Shown here: piece by piece, positions 1-13,400 of the stretch
Position numbering within the stretch: position 1 is the first letter of the stretch
How the letters are laid out: each line of letters begins with the position of its first letter
The notes under the pieces: model-generated
What the model was told of the DNA's origin: nothing
What the model saw: only the letters and a program-made list of their open reading frames with translations
Databases searched by the model: none
Made by a program: the position numbers and the translations under genes
Assembly (NCBI GenBank): GCA_032718475.1
Contig: JAUCBJ010004498.1
Location: forward strand, 1-64,000
Reading direction: 5' to 3'
Source of the DNA: Nemertoderma westbladi
Lineage: Eukaryota; Animalia; Xenacoelomorpha
Length of the DNA: 64,000 nt

Positions 1-375
1 GTATACTACAGTACTCTGGTACTAACAATTTAACTAAAATCTTTGATGTAGTCAGTCACAGGTACCTAAAACTGGGCCATATACCTGTATAGGCCTACTG
101 GTACCGGTATTTGGTCCGTGGACCAAATACTTTTTCGAGAAAAGGCTACTTTATCTGTTTAGCCTTTGCCCGATTGGGAAAGCCATTTAACAGCTTAAAG
201 GTGCAGGTTAGTAAAGGCAGAAAGGAGCAGGTTACTGGGTTACAGAGGCGTGTTGGGCATTGGCTGATTGGGGGAACCAAAAGAGTAAACATTGAATTCC
301 ATTTAATTATCTGCATTTCTGGGAGAGTCAAAGCTAGTGGTCACTAGAGTCAGCCGAGTGCTAGGAAAAAGAATA

Positions 376-420
376 ATGCTCTTCTAGGGTTCGAACTCAC
401 GACCTTCTAATTAGAAAACT
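376..420 (-). mobile_element. tRNA-derived SINE head fragment
   Basis: Reverse complement reads ...aaggtcgtgaGTTCGAACCctagaag, a Pol III B-box in a T-arm-like context; no complete cloverleaf. Confidence 0.35.
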
Positions 421-518
421 AAGCAAATGGTCAGCTTGAAGACCTTAGACCCTTAATCTGAGGCATCGAGCAGCCAATGAGACAGCAGATGCGAGTACAG
501 TGGTAAAGCCCATCCATG

Positions 519-1670
519 GTGAGGCATAGTCTATGCCTCAGTGAGGCATAGTCTATGCCTCAGTGAGTCATATTCTATGCCTCAGTGCCTCAGTGAGGCA
601 TAGTCTATGCCTCAGTGAGGCCTAGTCTATGCCTCAGTGCCTCAGTAAGGCATAGTCTATGCCTCAGTGAGTCATAGTCTATGCCTCAATGCCTCAGTGA
701 GGCATGGTCTATGCCTCAGTGAGGCATAGTCTATGCCTCAGTGAGGCATAGTCTATGCCTCAGTGAGTCATAGTCTATGCCTCAGTGCCTCAGTGAGGCA
801 TAGTCTATGCCCCAGTGAGGCATAGTCTATGCCTCAGTGAGGCATAGTCTATGCCTCAGTGAGTCATAGTCTATGCCTCAGTGAGGCATAGTCTATGCCT
901 CAGTGAGGCATAGTCTATGCCTCAGTGAGTCATAGTCTATGCTTCAGTGCCTCAGTGAGGCATAGTCTATGCCTCAGTGAGGCCTAGTCTATGCCTCAGT
1001 GAGGCATAGTCTATGCCTCAGTGCCTCAGTGAGGCATAGTCTATGCCTCAGTGAGTCATAGTCTATGCCTCAGTGCCTCAGTGAGGCATAGTCTATGCCT
1101 CAGTGAGGTATAGTCTATGCCTCAGTGAGGCATAGTCTATGCCTCAGTGAGGCCTAGTCTATGCCTCAGTGCCTCAGTAAGGCATAGTCTATGCCTCAGT
1201 GAGGCATAGTCTATGCCTCAGTGAGTCATAGTCTATGCCTCAATGCCTCAGTGAGGCATAGTCTATGCCTCAGTGAGTCATAGTCTATGCCTCAGTGAGT
1301 CATAGTCTATGCCTCAGTGCCCCAGTGAGGCATAGTCTATGCCTCAGTGAGGCATAGTCTATGCCTCAGTGAGGCATAGTCTATGCCTCAGTGAGGCATA
1401 GTCTATGCCTCAGTGAGTCATAGTCTATGCCTCAGTGAGTCATAGTCTATGCCTCAGTGCCTCAGTGAGGCCTAGTCTATGCCTCAGTGAGGCCTAGTCT
1501 ATGCCTCAGTGAGGCATAGTCTATGCCTCAGTGAGGCATAGTCTATGCCTCAGTGAGGCATAGTCTATGCCTCAGTGCCTCAGTGAGGCATAGTCTATGC
1601 CTCAGTGCCTCAATGAGGCATAGTCTATGCCTCAGTGAGTCATAGTCTATGCCTCGGTGAGGCATAGTCT
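519..1670. repeat. 22-bp palindromic tandem repeat (g-TGAGGCATAG-t-CTATGCCTCA), roughly 45-50 units
   Basis: Unit read directly; variants tgagtcatag, tgaggcctag and interspersed 8-bp gtgcctca insertions. Confidence 0.97.
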
Positions 1671-1911
1671 GTGTCAAGTCTTAAATGAGAGTCTTACAAA
1701 TTCGAACGTCAACGAACAAATTCGAAGGTTACTGTTCCACCTTGGTGTAGTGGTTGCGTAGAATTCACATCTCTCGTATGTCATGGGTTCGACCCCTGCA
1801 TGAACCAGGGCAGTTTTCGTTCGGTCAGCAATAGGCCTAACGTTGCAAAATGCAGTATTATTGCCTAGTAACCAATTCATGGCTACCGTATGGTTTTCAC
1901 TTTGAGACATT

Positions 1912-2550
1912 TCGTCCTCTAGCGGCAGACTGGGGAACTTCATACTACTCTGTGACTCTGCAAAAGATATAGCCTATGCCGTAGTAGATGCCGTTTGGGG
2001 GGTCAAAATTAAGTAATAATATATCTAAATAAGTCTCAAACATCTTGCCTCATGGCTCGCCCCTTAGAACCCTTAAGCAATATAACTTCATAGTTTTGCG
2101 GATTGTAAATAACAAAGCTAGAGAAGATGTTAATTTTTAAATAACACGCCCTCTAGCGGTAGACAGGGGAACTTCAGCCTACTCTATGTCTCCGCAAAAT
2201 ATATAGCCTATGCCGTAGTAGATGCCGATTGGGGGGTCAAATTAAGTAATAATATATCTAAATAAGCCTCAAACATCTTGCCTCATGGCTCGCCCCTTAG
2301 AACCCTTAAGCAATATAACTTCATAGTTTTGCGGATTGTAAATAACAAAGCTAGAGAAGATGTTAATTTTTAAATAATACGCCCTCTAGCGGTAGACAGG
2401 GGAACTTCATACTACTCTATGGCTCCGCAAAAGATATGGCCTATGCCGTAGTAGATGCCTACCGAGTTTAAACCCATTCGGAATGAAAATAGCAAAGTTA
2501 GAGAAGATGTTAATTTCAGATCATATGCCCTCTAGCGGCAGACTATGGAA
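1912..2550. repeat. ~234-bp direct tandem repeat (two full copies plus partial copies)
   Basis: ccctctagcgg(c/t)agac...ggaact recurs near 1915, 2149, 2382 and 2528 with matching downstream sequence. Confidence 0.9.
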
Positions 2551-5227
2551 CTGCAGACGGCTGGATATAGGTAAGAGTAATTAGTAATCAGAGCTGTCAC
2601 GGGGTGGGGGGGGGGGGTGGGGCGCTTGGATACAACTATTATTAATAAGCTGTTGCTTGGTTAAAGCTAATTGGGGGTCAAAGGTCAAAGGTCAACGATA
2701 AAGCTGTCTTGATATAGATAAGAGTAATTAGTTACCAGTAAGGGAGCTGTATACCCTATGGCTAAGTATAACGAGATGAAAGTCAATGAGGTCATATAGA
2801 AACCAATATATAAAACTAATTATTGGTAAATCTAAAATAAAGTACAATTAATTAATTTAAAATTAAATATAAATAAATAAGTATTAATGAATAAAAGAGC
2901 TGCGGTGTCACTTATGACACCCTCTTGAGCCGGCTCTGCTGACAGTTAGACATCACTGATGACCCATTGTGTGTCAGGGCGCTAATCAGTCTGATTAATT
3001 AGGATAATCAATTAAACCCTAATTAGGAGTCATATGACACCTGTTAGGGTTTAATTGTACTAATTAATTGATGACACCTGTCAATTAGGGTCTAATTAGC
3101 CTAATTAGGAGGTGTCACCCAGACAGTCTGGCGCCAATGACACCCAATGACACCCTATGGGTGATAATAGGGTGTCATATGACACCCAATGGGTGTCAGT
3201 TGGGTCCAACTGTCGCCGAGCCGCCCAAGACCCTACTACTAATGTTGGTTGAAATTGAGCTTCGGCCATTTTATACACAAGAATGCTCAAAAAGCGCCGT
3301 TTTGTGTTTTCAGTCAGAATTGTTTAAGAAATAGAAATAGATTCTGAGAAAAATGGGTTTAACGATGAAGGCAAAATACAGATAATAGGATCTTTCATGT
3401 TTCGACAATAACTTTTAGCAATTTTATTCATATCTTTTTAATTTTGGGAGCCTTTCTGATGAAATGGCTTTAAACAATTGAAAAATGCTTGTAGATTTTA
3501 AATCTCCTTTAAATAAATTTTAAATATAAATATATTAAATATAAAATTTAAATATATTTTAAATAAAAAATTTTAGCATTTTCAAAATACGGGGCCCGAT
3601 CCCATCCCCCCCCCCCCCCCCCCCCCCTCTCTCTTAAAATACGCTGCGTTATTTTAAACCCTCTGCGTTTTTATTTTGTTGAGCACCGGTTGGAGCCCTG
3701 TTCCACTGTAACCTGATCCTGATTGCTGTTTTGCATACTTGTATGCAATATGTAGGTGGATAAAAAAATTTCAAAATTTTTTTTGAAACTTTAATTTTTT
3801 TACCTAATTTTAACATAATTTATGCAATTATTTTTTTAATGCTAAGGCTCTTAGAGGGATGGTCACCAAGTGCCCAAAATGTCGTTATTTTTTGTGCACA
3901 ATGGCATCACGAATATGAATCGACCCTATCACCATATTTGATATACAGTATGCTCATGTTCAAAAATTATTTGAAAAAAAAATACATTTTTTACCACATT
4001 TTTGACACCGTTTTGACACCTAAATTTCACACTTTATGACCTATATTTCAGCAACCACAAACAAAATGAAAAAAATGGTAATAGGTGTTAAGCATCACAC
4101 AATCATCATTCATGCCAAATTTCACGCTAATGTACATTGTATAATCATAGTTCTGACGAGCAGGCTGTCTGTCTATATACTGTATTTATTGATTTACTGT
4201 ACCATGGGCTTTAAGAATATTATTGCAGAAAAACCAATTCAATTGGAATTAAACAGCCAATTAGATTCCTCCTATTGCCCTCCTACTTCAGTTGTGGTTT
4301 GTCAGAAATTCCAACTGGTCTACCAAAAATAAATTCACATTCTACGTAAACAACATAAAATTATACTGTATTTTATTCATATCAGGTTGGCATCAAAATA
4401 TTGTAGGTTCACTTTATATGGAATACCGGTATCGGTAGGTAGGCCTACTGGTACGGACTATTCGTCTAAGCGAACACTAAAATTAATAATGAATAATTAG
4501 GTACATTAAGTACACAGTACGAGTGGAGCTTAAAATCTTACAGTAGGATCAGCGGGAAGACAAGCCTGTTTGTTTTCCAAAGAATAAATATGAAATTTTC
4601 TTTCCTCACATTTTAGTTTTCTCAAAAATTCCATTTCTATCCAAATTTAAGCGAAATTTACAGGATTTAGATTTCAATTTATCACCTTGGGCGATAACGT
4701 GTCCCGTAGAAAAAAAACGTTAATATAGCGGGATATAAAGTACCGCCATACTGCCCAATCCAAACGTTTCTTATTATACTGTATATATTTTATCACATTT
4801 TACATAATTATATTTAAAATTATCGTCTCCCTTTTAAAACGTACTTATAAGTGGAGAAATATTTTTTTACAGTATTTAACATGTCACGATATAATATTCC
4901 GAATAATATATTATGATTAATATAGATAAACTGTACATACATGAACTAAAGTATTAGGTTATTATAATATCAAGGTTAATTTAAATGAAAACCATAATTT
5001 TTCATTATTATCTGTCATATGAAATAAATTAAACGAACGGATGAAGTGGTAGGCATTCACCAGCGGCAGCATAGTGTAAAGATGATAGAAAAAATAAATA
5101 AAATAAAAATTTATTTTTTCTATCATCTTGAAATAAATTAACTTCATTTAACGCTGATTGAATCTTCTGCTGATTGAATAACGACATTTTTGTGAGCATG
5201 AATATCACGAATAATATTTTAACTATT

Positions 5228-5364
5228 TACATACTTGTGTGTAAAGTAGCACTTTACAGTGTGATAATCCGAGTGGCTTTGTTACACGAACGAATGTTAG
5301 TGATTGAGTGAAAATAAAGCCACGAGGATCAGAACACTGTAAAGTACTTTGCAACAAGTATGTA
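5228..5364. mobile_element. Imperfect ~50-bp-arm hairpin, probable non-autonomous transposon core
   Basis: tacatacttgt...actttacagtgt...gtggcttt pairs with aaagccac...acactgtaaagt...acaagtatgta. Confidence 0.5.
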
Positions 5365-7380
5365 TTTTATTCCAAAATTGTAGCATTACGAAATGATTGT
5401 ATATATATTATAAATGATAGAAACTGCACAAATTAAATTAGTTGCTGTATAAATAAATGTAAAAGTGACATAAATTACGTTATAAATAAGTTAGCTTATA
5501 TTTATGGTGACGTTTGGAGCCTTATTATAATAATATAGCTAGGCCCTACCGGTTATTAATAGCTATACCTCGCCTACCGGTAGGTAATGCAGTAGGCCTA
5601 TCTGGCTGTCAGGCAAATTTTACTGAGAAACTACAATTTACAAAAATTTTAAAAATTTAAATTTACTAGAATTTACAAAAATTCCGTTAGACAAACCCGA
5701 CTCATACAGTATAACTCGCCACAAACATTTACAGTAGATTAATTAAATTTTAAATAATCCATAATTATAATTATAGTTTAATATTTATCATTATAATTAC
5801 TTATATTCTGGTGCAGTCTTAACAATTGTAGAGTAATATTTTTCATTTCTCACTATAAAATATTTTTATTCCAAAATTGTAACATTACTCAACGCCGATA
5901 GAATTAACAGCGAGTTGTTATTTAGCACTTTACAACTTTAGAGGACATTACAGCATTGTATTGGCCTGTACATTTAGTATTGTATTTGGAGTTATTGTTT
6001 ACGTGGTAACCCATGGCGGCGTTAAGTAATGTCCCCTTAAAGACATTACTAGGACATTACGTAGGCCTACTATCTTTGAGTTGCACGACACACCTACAAT
6101 ATATTTAATTCTACAGTATCTTTCCCGTAGCCGTAATACATTATTAATAATTATTATACTAATACGATTTTGGATCGAATTAGCGGTATTGGCATGGTAC
6201 TGTAGTACAATGAGTTGGCATGCGTAATCACCCCACCACCCTTGTCTTGATTGCACACTTAACAGAGAGCTAGCCAACCAGAAAATCTTTATTCAGCTAT
6301 TCTAAATTTCTTCGTCATCGGTTATACTTCGTCATATGACAGACAATTGTCTGAGCTCAGACTCAGACAGTCTGATGACAGACTTCTCTGAAAATATGCT
6401 GTGAGACATTTATTAGACACATTTACGTCATCAGACATTTACTAGACACAGGATATGAGACATACATTTAGTGTTTATACTTAAAGAAGATATCTGTCTC
6501 AGACATGATCATTTCATTTCGTGTTACCCCATACCCCCCCCCCCCCCCCCCCCCCCCACAATGCTGTAACCCCTCCCCCATACTTTATGTGTCTGAAAGC
6601 GAAAAACTTAAAAAATTTATTTATCTGTTAATGGCTCATTCCATGTAAAGTACGGGACATTCGTACGACTTTTTGTGCATACTTTAGCACTGTACATCAA
6701 GAAAATGAACTAAAATATTATAGTGCTTGTTTAGAAAAACCAATTATCGGTTCTTTATAAAAAAGCAGTTTGGAAAATCGGCAGCAGTTTATGTCTCAGA
6801 ATTATTGCTTCAAAAAATTGTAAAGTGCGGGACGCGTACGAAAGTGAAATTCCCAACTGTCAAATTCTTTGCTAAAGTTCAGCGAATTGAGTAAAGTTAG
6901 TGGGAAAACTTGTGTTCCGCGATGTTCCTACTGTAGATATGTAGGGAAAATAAATTAGCCTTTAGTAAGCTGGTAGGTAACATCAATGAAACAGGGGAGT
7001 AGTTTAAGTGCAGGAAAGTCATGTAAAGTGTGGGACATTTCATTGTAAAGTGCGGGACACGTGCGATTATATCATTTATAAAACACATTAAATCGTTAAT
7101 TATTACATTATTCCGATAAGTGATAGTTATAAACTTCTCAGTGAGATTGCCACATATAATTTGAACTTAAAGATGAATGACAATGCAACTAACCCTAACC
7201 AAAATACTAAACCTAACCTACCAAACTTAGTTGGTCCTGTAAAGCCCCTTACTACTGCATACATGTATACATGTGACTGCCTGTCAAGTAAATGTTCCAA
7301 GTATTTAAAGCATACAATTCCACTGGAGGTCCGGCCAATAGTACAGTGCAAACTGCACAGTAGTTATGAGGCGGGTGGGT

Positions 7381-7412
<32 letters not shown>

Positions 7413-7830
7413 TTATTTATAGATAAAATTAATAGGCCTCCAACAAATAGGCTGTACGGGCTTTAATACGCCATTCCAGCATTCCAATATTGCGATACGT
7501 AACGTAACACAAAGTTTAACAAAGCTTTCCCTTTCTCAAAATTGGCCCCAGCATGAAAAAAAATGGCGCAAAACATTGCTCTGCCACTGCCACTGGCAAA
7601 TAGAGGCCAACATAATTATAGTGCCTAATACTGTAAGTAAAACAGAAGAGTACGCACGACAATAACAAATTTGTTTGTATCATTTTTTTGCAGCCTTACC
7701 CTAAGCCCTAGTACAGCGTGGCTCCTACTTGCTGTATTATTACCTCCAGGCAGTTCAATATTATTTAGTAGGCTTATGTAAAATTACCATTTAAGTGCAC
7801 TGTAGGCCTAAAATGTAATACAGATTAGAT

Positions 7831-9101
7831 GGTGTTCGGACACTTCCCCCCCGGACACTTCCCCCCCCGGACAGTTCCCCCCCGCTCAAGTAGGACACTT
7901 CCCCCCCGGACACTTCCCCCCCAGACACTTCCCCCCCGCGGACACTTCCCCCCCGACTGTTCTTAACTTCGCACATTCGTATTTTTCATTTTGTAAGGTA
8001 AACGGACCGCTTGTATCCAGATAAGTTGTATCCAATTTTCCTTTCGTAGCTCAGAAAGTGATCTTTTGCATCCCGATTTTACATTTTATATCCAAGTTTT
8101 ATTTATGGGTTTTATCAATGCAATTACATCGTATTGTTTGCTAATCTTTAAACAATTAATTATATTAGATGACCTATAAATTCCATCCCCGGAATGATAT
8201 ACTGTTTTTATTAACTATAGAATTATAATAATTAATTGTTTTAATTATAGGTATTATTATGTAATAGTCTTCTTCAAATTGTAGCAGATGGGGATGAATA
8301 TTATTGTTGCAATCAAAATTATACCTCTCCAGGGTAAAATCGACATGCGTCGACCTGTATTCTGTGTTCAGCATTACATATTGATATACATATTACTACT
8401 ATACATACTATATAGATATTATACACACTACATATTAAATTTCCTGGTTACTTGCAATATTTTTAATAGGATTTTGTTGAATTATATAATATTGTAGTAA
8501 TTTATATATTAAATTGGTTAACATTCAATACAGCTCCTACTTTAGGCTTAGTCAATTTATTATCTGATGATACAAACATGAATTAATTATTTCAAAATGG
8601 TCTTAAGTCTTTCACCACGGGCACTCAGGGAAATGCCGGGGTCTGGGGGCGATAACCTCCAAGAAAAGAAGCGGGGGTTTGGGGGCGGCAGCCCCCAAGA
8701 AAAGAAGCGGGGGTTTGGGGGCGGCAGCCCCCAAGAAAAGAAGCGGGGGTTTGGGGGCGGTAGCCCCCAACAAAAGAAGCGGGGGTTTGGGGGCGGCAGC
8801 CCCCAATTAAAAGAAATTAAAAGAATTAAAGGAATTAAAAGAAAAACAAACAAAATTTGACTATAAAAATGTTTCTTTTATAATTTTGAAAAAACTTGTC
8901 TAGATACAACTTGTCCTGTAACCATCTTTAACTTTTGTTTATTGCTTTGATGCACCCAGATTAATTTTAACAGTTTAACTGGGGGGGAAGTGTCCGGGGG
9001 GCAAGTGTCCGGGGGGGAAGTGTCCGGGGGGGAAGTGTCCTACTTGGGCGGGGGGGAAGTGTCCGGGGGGGAAGTGTCCGGGGGGGAAGTGTCCTAGATC
9101 C
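7831..9101. mobile_element. Foldback/MITE-type element with long TIRs built from 15-bp subrepeats, nested in the 6633-9989 element
   Basis: (ggacacttccccccc)n at 7838-7955 is inverted as (gggggggaagtgtcc)n at 8981-9094; flanks gattagat/aattagat (7/8 match, candidate TSD). Confidence 0.85.
8637..8805. repeat. 36-bp GC-rich tandem repeat (aagaaaagaagcgggggtttgggggcggcagcccc-type), 4-5 copies
   Basis: Read directly; lies inside the foldback element. Confidence 0.9.
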
Positions 9102-10477
9102 AATTAGATAGCCAGATTAGACATGGAACTGTAGTGCACCCATAAAACCGTTATAGTAGCGTACCATGTAAGCGTAAGAGACTGAATGGGAGCCTTGCAG
9201 TAGGCCTACGCACCAGCCAGAGCCAGGAAGGGGTTAATGGCAGGCCTACAAATAGTATTCAGATTATAAAAACTAATAAAAATAGGAATTAAAATTTTGA
9301 GGATATTTACTGAAATATATGTGATCTTCATGAATTTTTTGTAGTGTCTTAATATAAGAGATTGATATGAAGTTATTATGTCTGTTATGATTATTCCAGT
9401 TGAAGTTCTTCCATCTAAATACGCGCTTACTCTACTTCCTTTGATATTTCTACTCTTTGTGCGGGACACCTGTTTACCACATAACACGAAACACCACAAA
9501 CAAACTAAGTACCCCAGATTAAAGATACATATATTTGAGCTTTGCAAACGACATAACATCATTCTACTATAATATGTCTATCTTGTACAAACAAAATATG
9601 GTGTTCAGCGTAAAGTGCGGGACATTATGATGTAAGCAGATTATGAGCACTGAATTTTTAGACACAACGTTGTTTTACTTGACAGCAAATGAATTCATTG
9701 GAAAATATGATTGTTTTGCTTCGAAAAGTACTCTATTACGTTGCCTTCTGCCTATAAAGCTACTCATAAAACGCGGTTGTCATATTATGCACTCATTTAA
9801 CTGTATTTTTTCAGTTTGAGAGGTAAGGGCGAATAACACCAGATTTCAGAAAGTTAACGAATTTTGATGCGGTTTTTTGCATTAAATTCGTAAACCGCAT
9901 CATATATTGGTTCTGAAAATTGATATGAGAAGCAATAATTCAAGTTTTTCAAAATTGGCACTGCGGTTGACATTTGCATGGAATGAGCCTAATGCGTTTC
10001 AAGATACACGCGCTACACGCAGATACACATACTACAGTATGTGAAACAACAAATTGAGAAACAACTGGCCAAATAAAAAATTTGAAAAATGTTAAAAAAT
10101 CTAAAATCACCCCCACTCCCCCCCCCCCCTCCCCACTCCCCTCTTTCAAATGTACGGCGCATTTGAGATTCCCTTTTCTCAGTGTTCCACATTTTTCTTA
10201 TACTTCCATACGGCAATAAAAGATGATATGAGTTGTAAGAATCGCTGAGGTTATGGTTGTGAACTCAAGGTAAGAATGAAGTGGGACTGAAAACCTAAGT
10301 ACTGCAAAGTGGGGAGGAGCTGCATCAAAGGTTGACTGAGAGGATCCCCTCAGAACACCAGATATGGGGGGAGGACCATCCCCCCAGATATATCCGAATG
10401 TCGTCCATGGACGCAGCAATCGCGTAAACGGAGAGACTTCGGGAAGGACAGCGCGAACTGAAGCCGTCGAGAACGCA

Positions 10478-13400
10478 GGCCAGGACCCGTTCGCCAGACA
10501 CGCACTGCCTACCAGGCCCCGTTCGCCAGACACTCACTGCCTACCAGGCCCCGTTCGCCAGACACACCCTGCCTGCCAGGTCCCGTTCGAGCACATCCTG
10601 ACTGCCAGGCCCCGTTTGAGCATACCCTGCCTGCCAGGCTCCGTTTGAGCATCCCTTCCTACCAGGCCCCGTTCGAGCACACCCTGCCTGCCAGGCCCGT
10701 TCGAGCACACCCTGCCTACCAGGCCCGTTCGAGCACACCCTGCCTGCCAGGCCCGTTCGAGCACACCCTGCCTGCCAGGCTCCGTTCGAGCACACCCTGC
10801 CTGCCAGGCCCGTTTGAGCACACCCTGCCTACCAGGCCCGTTCGAGCACACCCTGCCTGCCAGGCCCGGTTTGAGCATACCCTTCCTGCCAGGCTCCCGT
10901 TGAGCACACTCTGCCTGCCAGGCCCGTTTGAGCAACCCTTCCTGCCAGGCTCCGTTTGAGCATACCTGCCTGCCAGGCTCCGTTTGAGCACACCCTGCCT
11001 ACCAGGCTCCGTTCGAGCACACCCTGCCTGCCAGGCCCGTTTGAGCACACCCTGCCTACCAGGCCCGTTCGAGCACACCCTGCCTGCCAGGCCCAGTTTG
11101 AGCATACACTGCCTGTCTGGCTCCGTTTGAGCACACTATGTCTGCCAGGCCCAGTTTGAGCATACCCTTCCTGCCAGGCTCCCGTTTGAGCACACTCTGC
11201 CTGCCAGGCCCGTTTGAGCAAACCCTTCCTGCCAGGCCCGTTTGAGCAAACTCTGCCTGCCAGGCTCCGTTTGAGCATACCCTGCATGCCAGGCCCCGTT
11301 TGAGCATACTCTGCCTGTCTGGCTCCGTGCATGCCAGGCTCCCGTTTGAGCATACCCTGTCCTCGCCAGGCTCCGTTTGAGCACACCCTGCCTACCAGGC
11401 CACGTTCGAGCACAGCCTGAATGCCAGGCCCCGTTTGAGCATACCCTGCCCGCTAGGCTCCGTTTGAGCACACCCTGCCTACCAGGCCACGTTCGAGACA
11501 GCCTGCATGTCAGGCCCCGTTTGAGCATACCCTGCCCGCTAGGCTCCGTTTGAGCACACCCTGCCTACCAGGCCACGTTCGAGACAGCCTGCATGTCAGG
11601 CCCCGTTTGAGCATACACTGCCTGCCTGTCTCCGTTTGAGCACACTATGTCTGCCAGGCCCAGTTTGAGCATACCCTTCCTACCAGTTCCCGTTCGAGCA
11701 CACCCTGCCTGCCAGGCCCGGTTCGAGCACACCCTTCCTGTCAGGTCCCGTTCGAGCACACCCTGCCTGCCAGGCCCGGTTCGAGCGCACCCTTCCTACC
11801 AGTTCCCGTTCGAACACACCCTGCCTGCCAGGCCCGGTTCGAGCGCACCCTTCCTACCAGTTCCCGTTCGAACACACCCTGCCTGCCAGGCCCGGTTCGA
11901 GCGCACCCTTCCTACCAGTTCCCGTTCGAGCACACCCTGCCTGCCAGGCCCGGTTCGAGCGCACCCTTCCTGCCAGGTCCCGTTCGAGCACACACTGCCT
12001 ACCAGGCCCCGTTCGAGCACACCCTGACTGCCAGGCCCCGTTCGAGCACACACTGCCTACCAGGCCCCGTTCGAGCACACACTGCCTACCAGGCCCCGTT
12101 CGAGCACACACTGCTTACCAGGCCCGGTTCGAGCGCACCCTGACTGCCAGGCCCCGTTCGAGCACACACTGCCTACCAGGCCCCGTTCGAGCACACCCTG
12201 ACTGCCAGGCCCCGTTCGAGTACACACTGCCTACCAGGCCCGGTTCGAGCGCACCCTTCCTGCCAGGTCCCGTTCGAGCACACACTGCCTACCAGGCCCG
12301 GTTCGAGCGCACCCTTCCTGCCAGGTCCCGTTCGAGTATACACTGCCTACCAGGCCCCGTTCGAGCACACCCTGACTGCCAGGCCCCGTTCGAGCACACA
12401 CTGCCTACCAGGCCCCGTTCGAGCACACACTGCCTACCAGGCCCCGTTCGAGCACACACTGCTTACCAGGCCCGGTTCGAGCGCACCCTGACTGCCAGGC
12501 CCCGTTCGAACACACACTGCCTACCAGGCCCCGTTCGAGCACACCCTGACTGCCAGGCCCCGTTCGAGTACACACTGCCTACCAGGCCCGGTTCGAGCAC
12601 ACCCTGACTGCCAGGCCCTGTTCGAGTGCACCCTTCCTGCCAGGTCCCGTTCGAGCACACACTGCCTACCAGGCCCCGTTTGAGCATACCCTGCCTGTCA
12701 GGCACCGTTTGAGCATACCCTGCCTGCCAGACTCAATTTGAGCACACCCCGCCTACCAGGCCACGTTCGAGCACACCCTGCAGGCTAGGCCCCATTTGAG
12801 CATACCCTGCCCGCCAGGCTCCGTTTGAGCACACCCCGCCTACCAGGCCACGTTCGAGCACAGCCTGCATGCCAGGCCCCGTTTGAGCATACCCTGCCTG
12901 CCTGGCTCCGTTTGAGCACACTATGCTGCCAGGCCCAGTTTGAGCATACCCTGCCTGCCAGGCCCTGTTTGAGCATACTCCGCTTGCCAGGCTCCGTTTG
13001 AGCATATCCTGTCTGTCAGGCCTCGTTTAAGCATACCCTTCCCGCCCGGCTCCGTTTGAGCATACCCTGCCTGCCAGGCCCCGTTTGAGCATATCTTGCC
13101 TGCCAGGCTCCGTTTGAGTATTCCCTGCCTGCCAGGCCCCGTTCGAACACACCCTGACTGCCAGGCCCCGTTCGAGCACACACTGCCTACCAAGCCCCGT
13201 TCGAGCACACACTGCTTACCAGGCCCGGTTCGAGCGCACCCTGACTGCCAGGCCCCGTTCGAGCACACACTGCCTACCAGGCCCCGTTCGAGCACAACCT
13301 TCACTGCCAGGCCTCGTTCGAGTACACACTACCTACCAGGCCCGGTTCGAGCGCACCCTTCCTGCCAGGTCCCGTTCGAGCACACACTGCCTACCAGGCC

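Larger units (their letters stand above)
6633..9989. mobile_element. Non-autonomous TIR DNA transposon with 4-bp TSD (possibly Sola-like)
   Basis: Left end GGCTCATTCCATGtAAA, right end TTTgCATGGAATGAGCC; TAAT on both flanks (6629-6632, 9990-9993); internal repeats gtaaagtgcgggac near 6645, 6820, 7022, 7046 and 9610. Confidence 0.8.

Noticed and set aside
8587-8860. Repetitive ORFs (KKRGFGGGSPQE)n
   Set aside because: Translation of a 36-bp minisatellite inside a non-autonomous transposon
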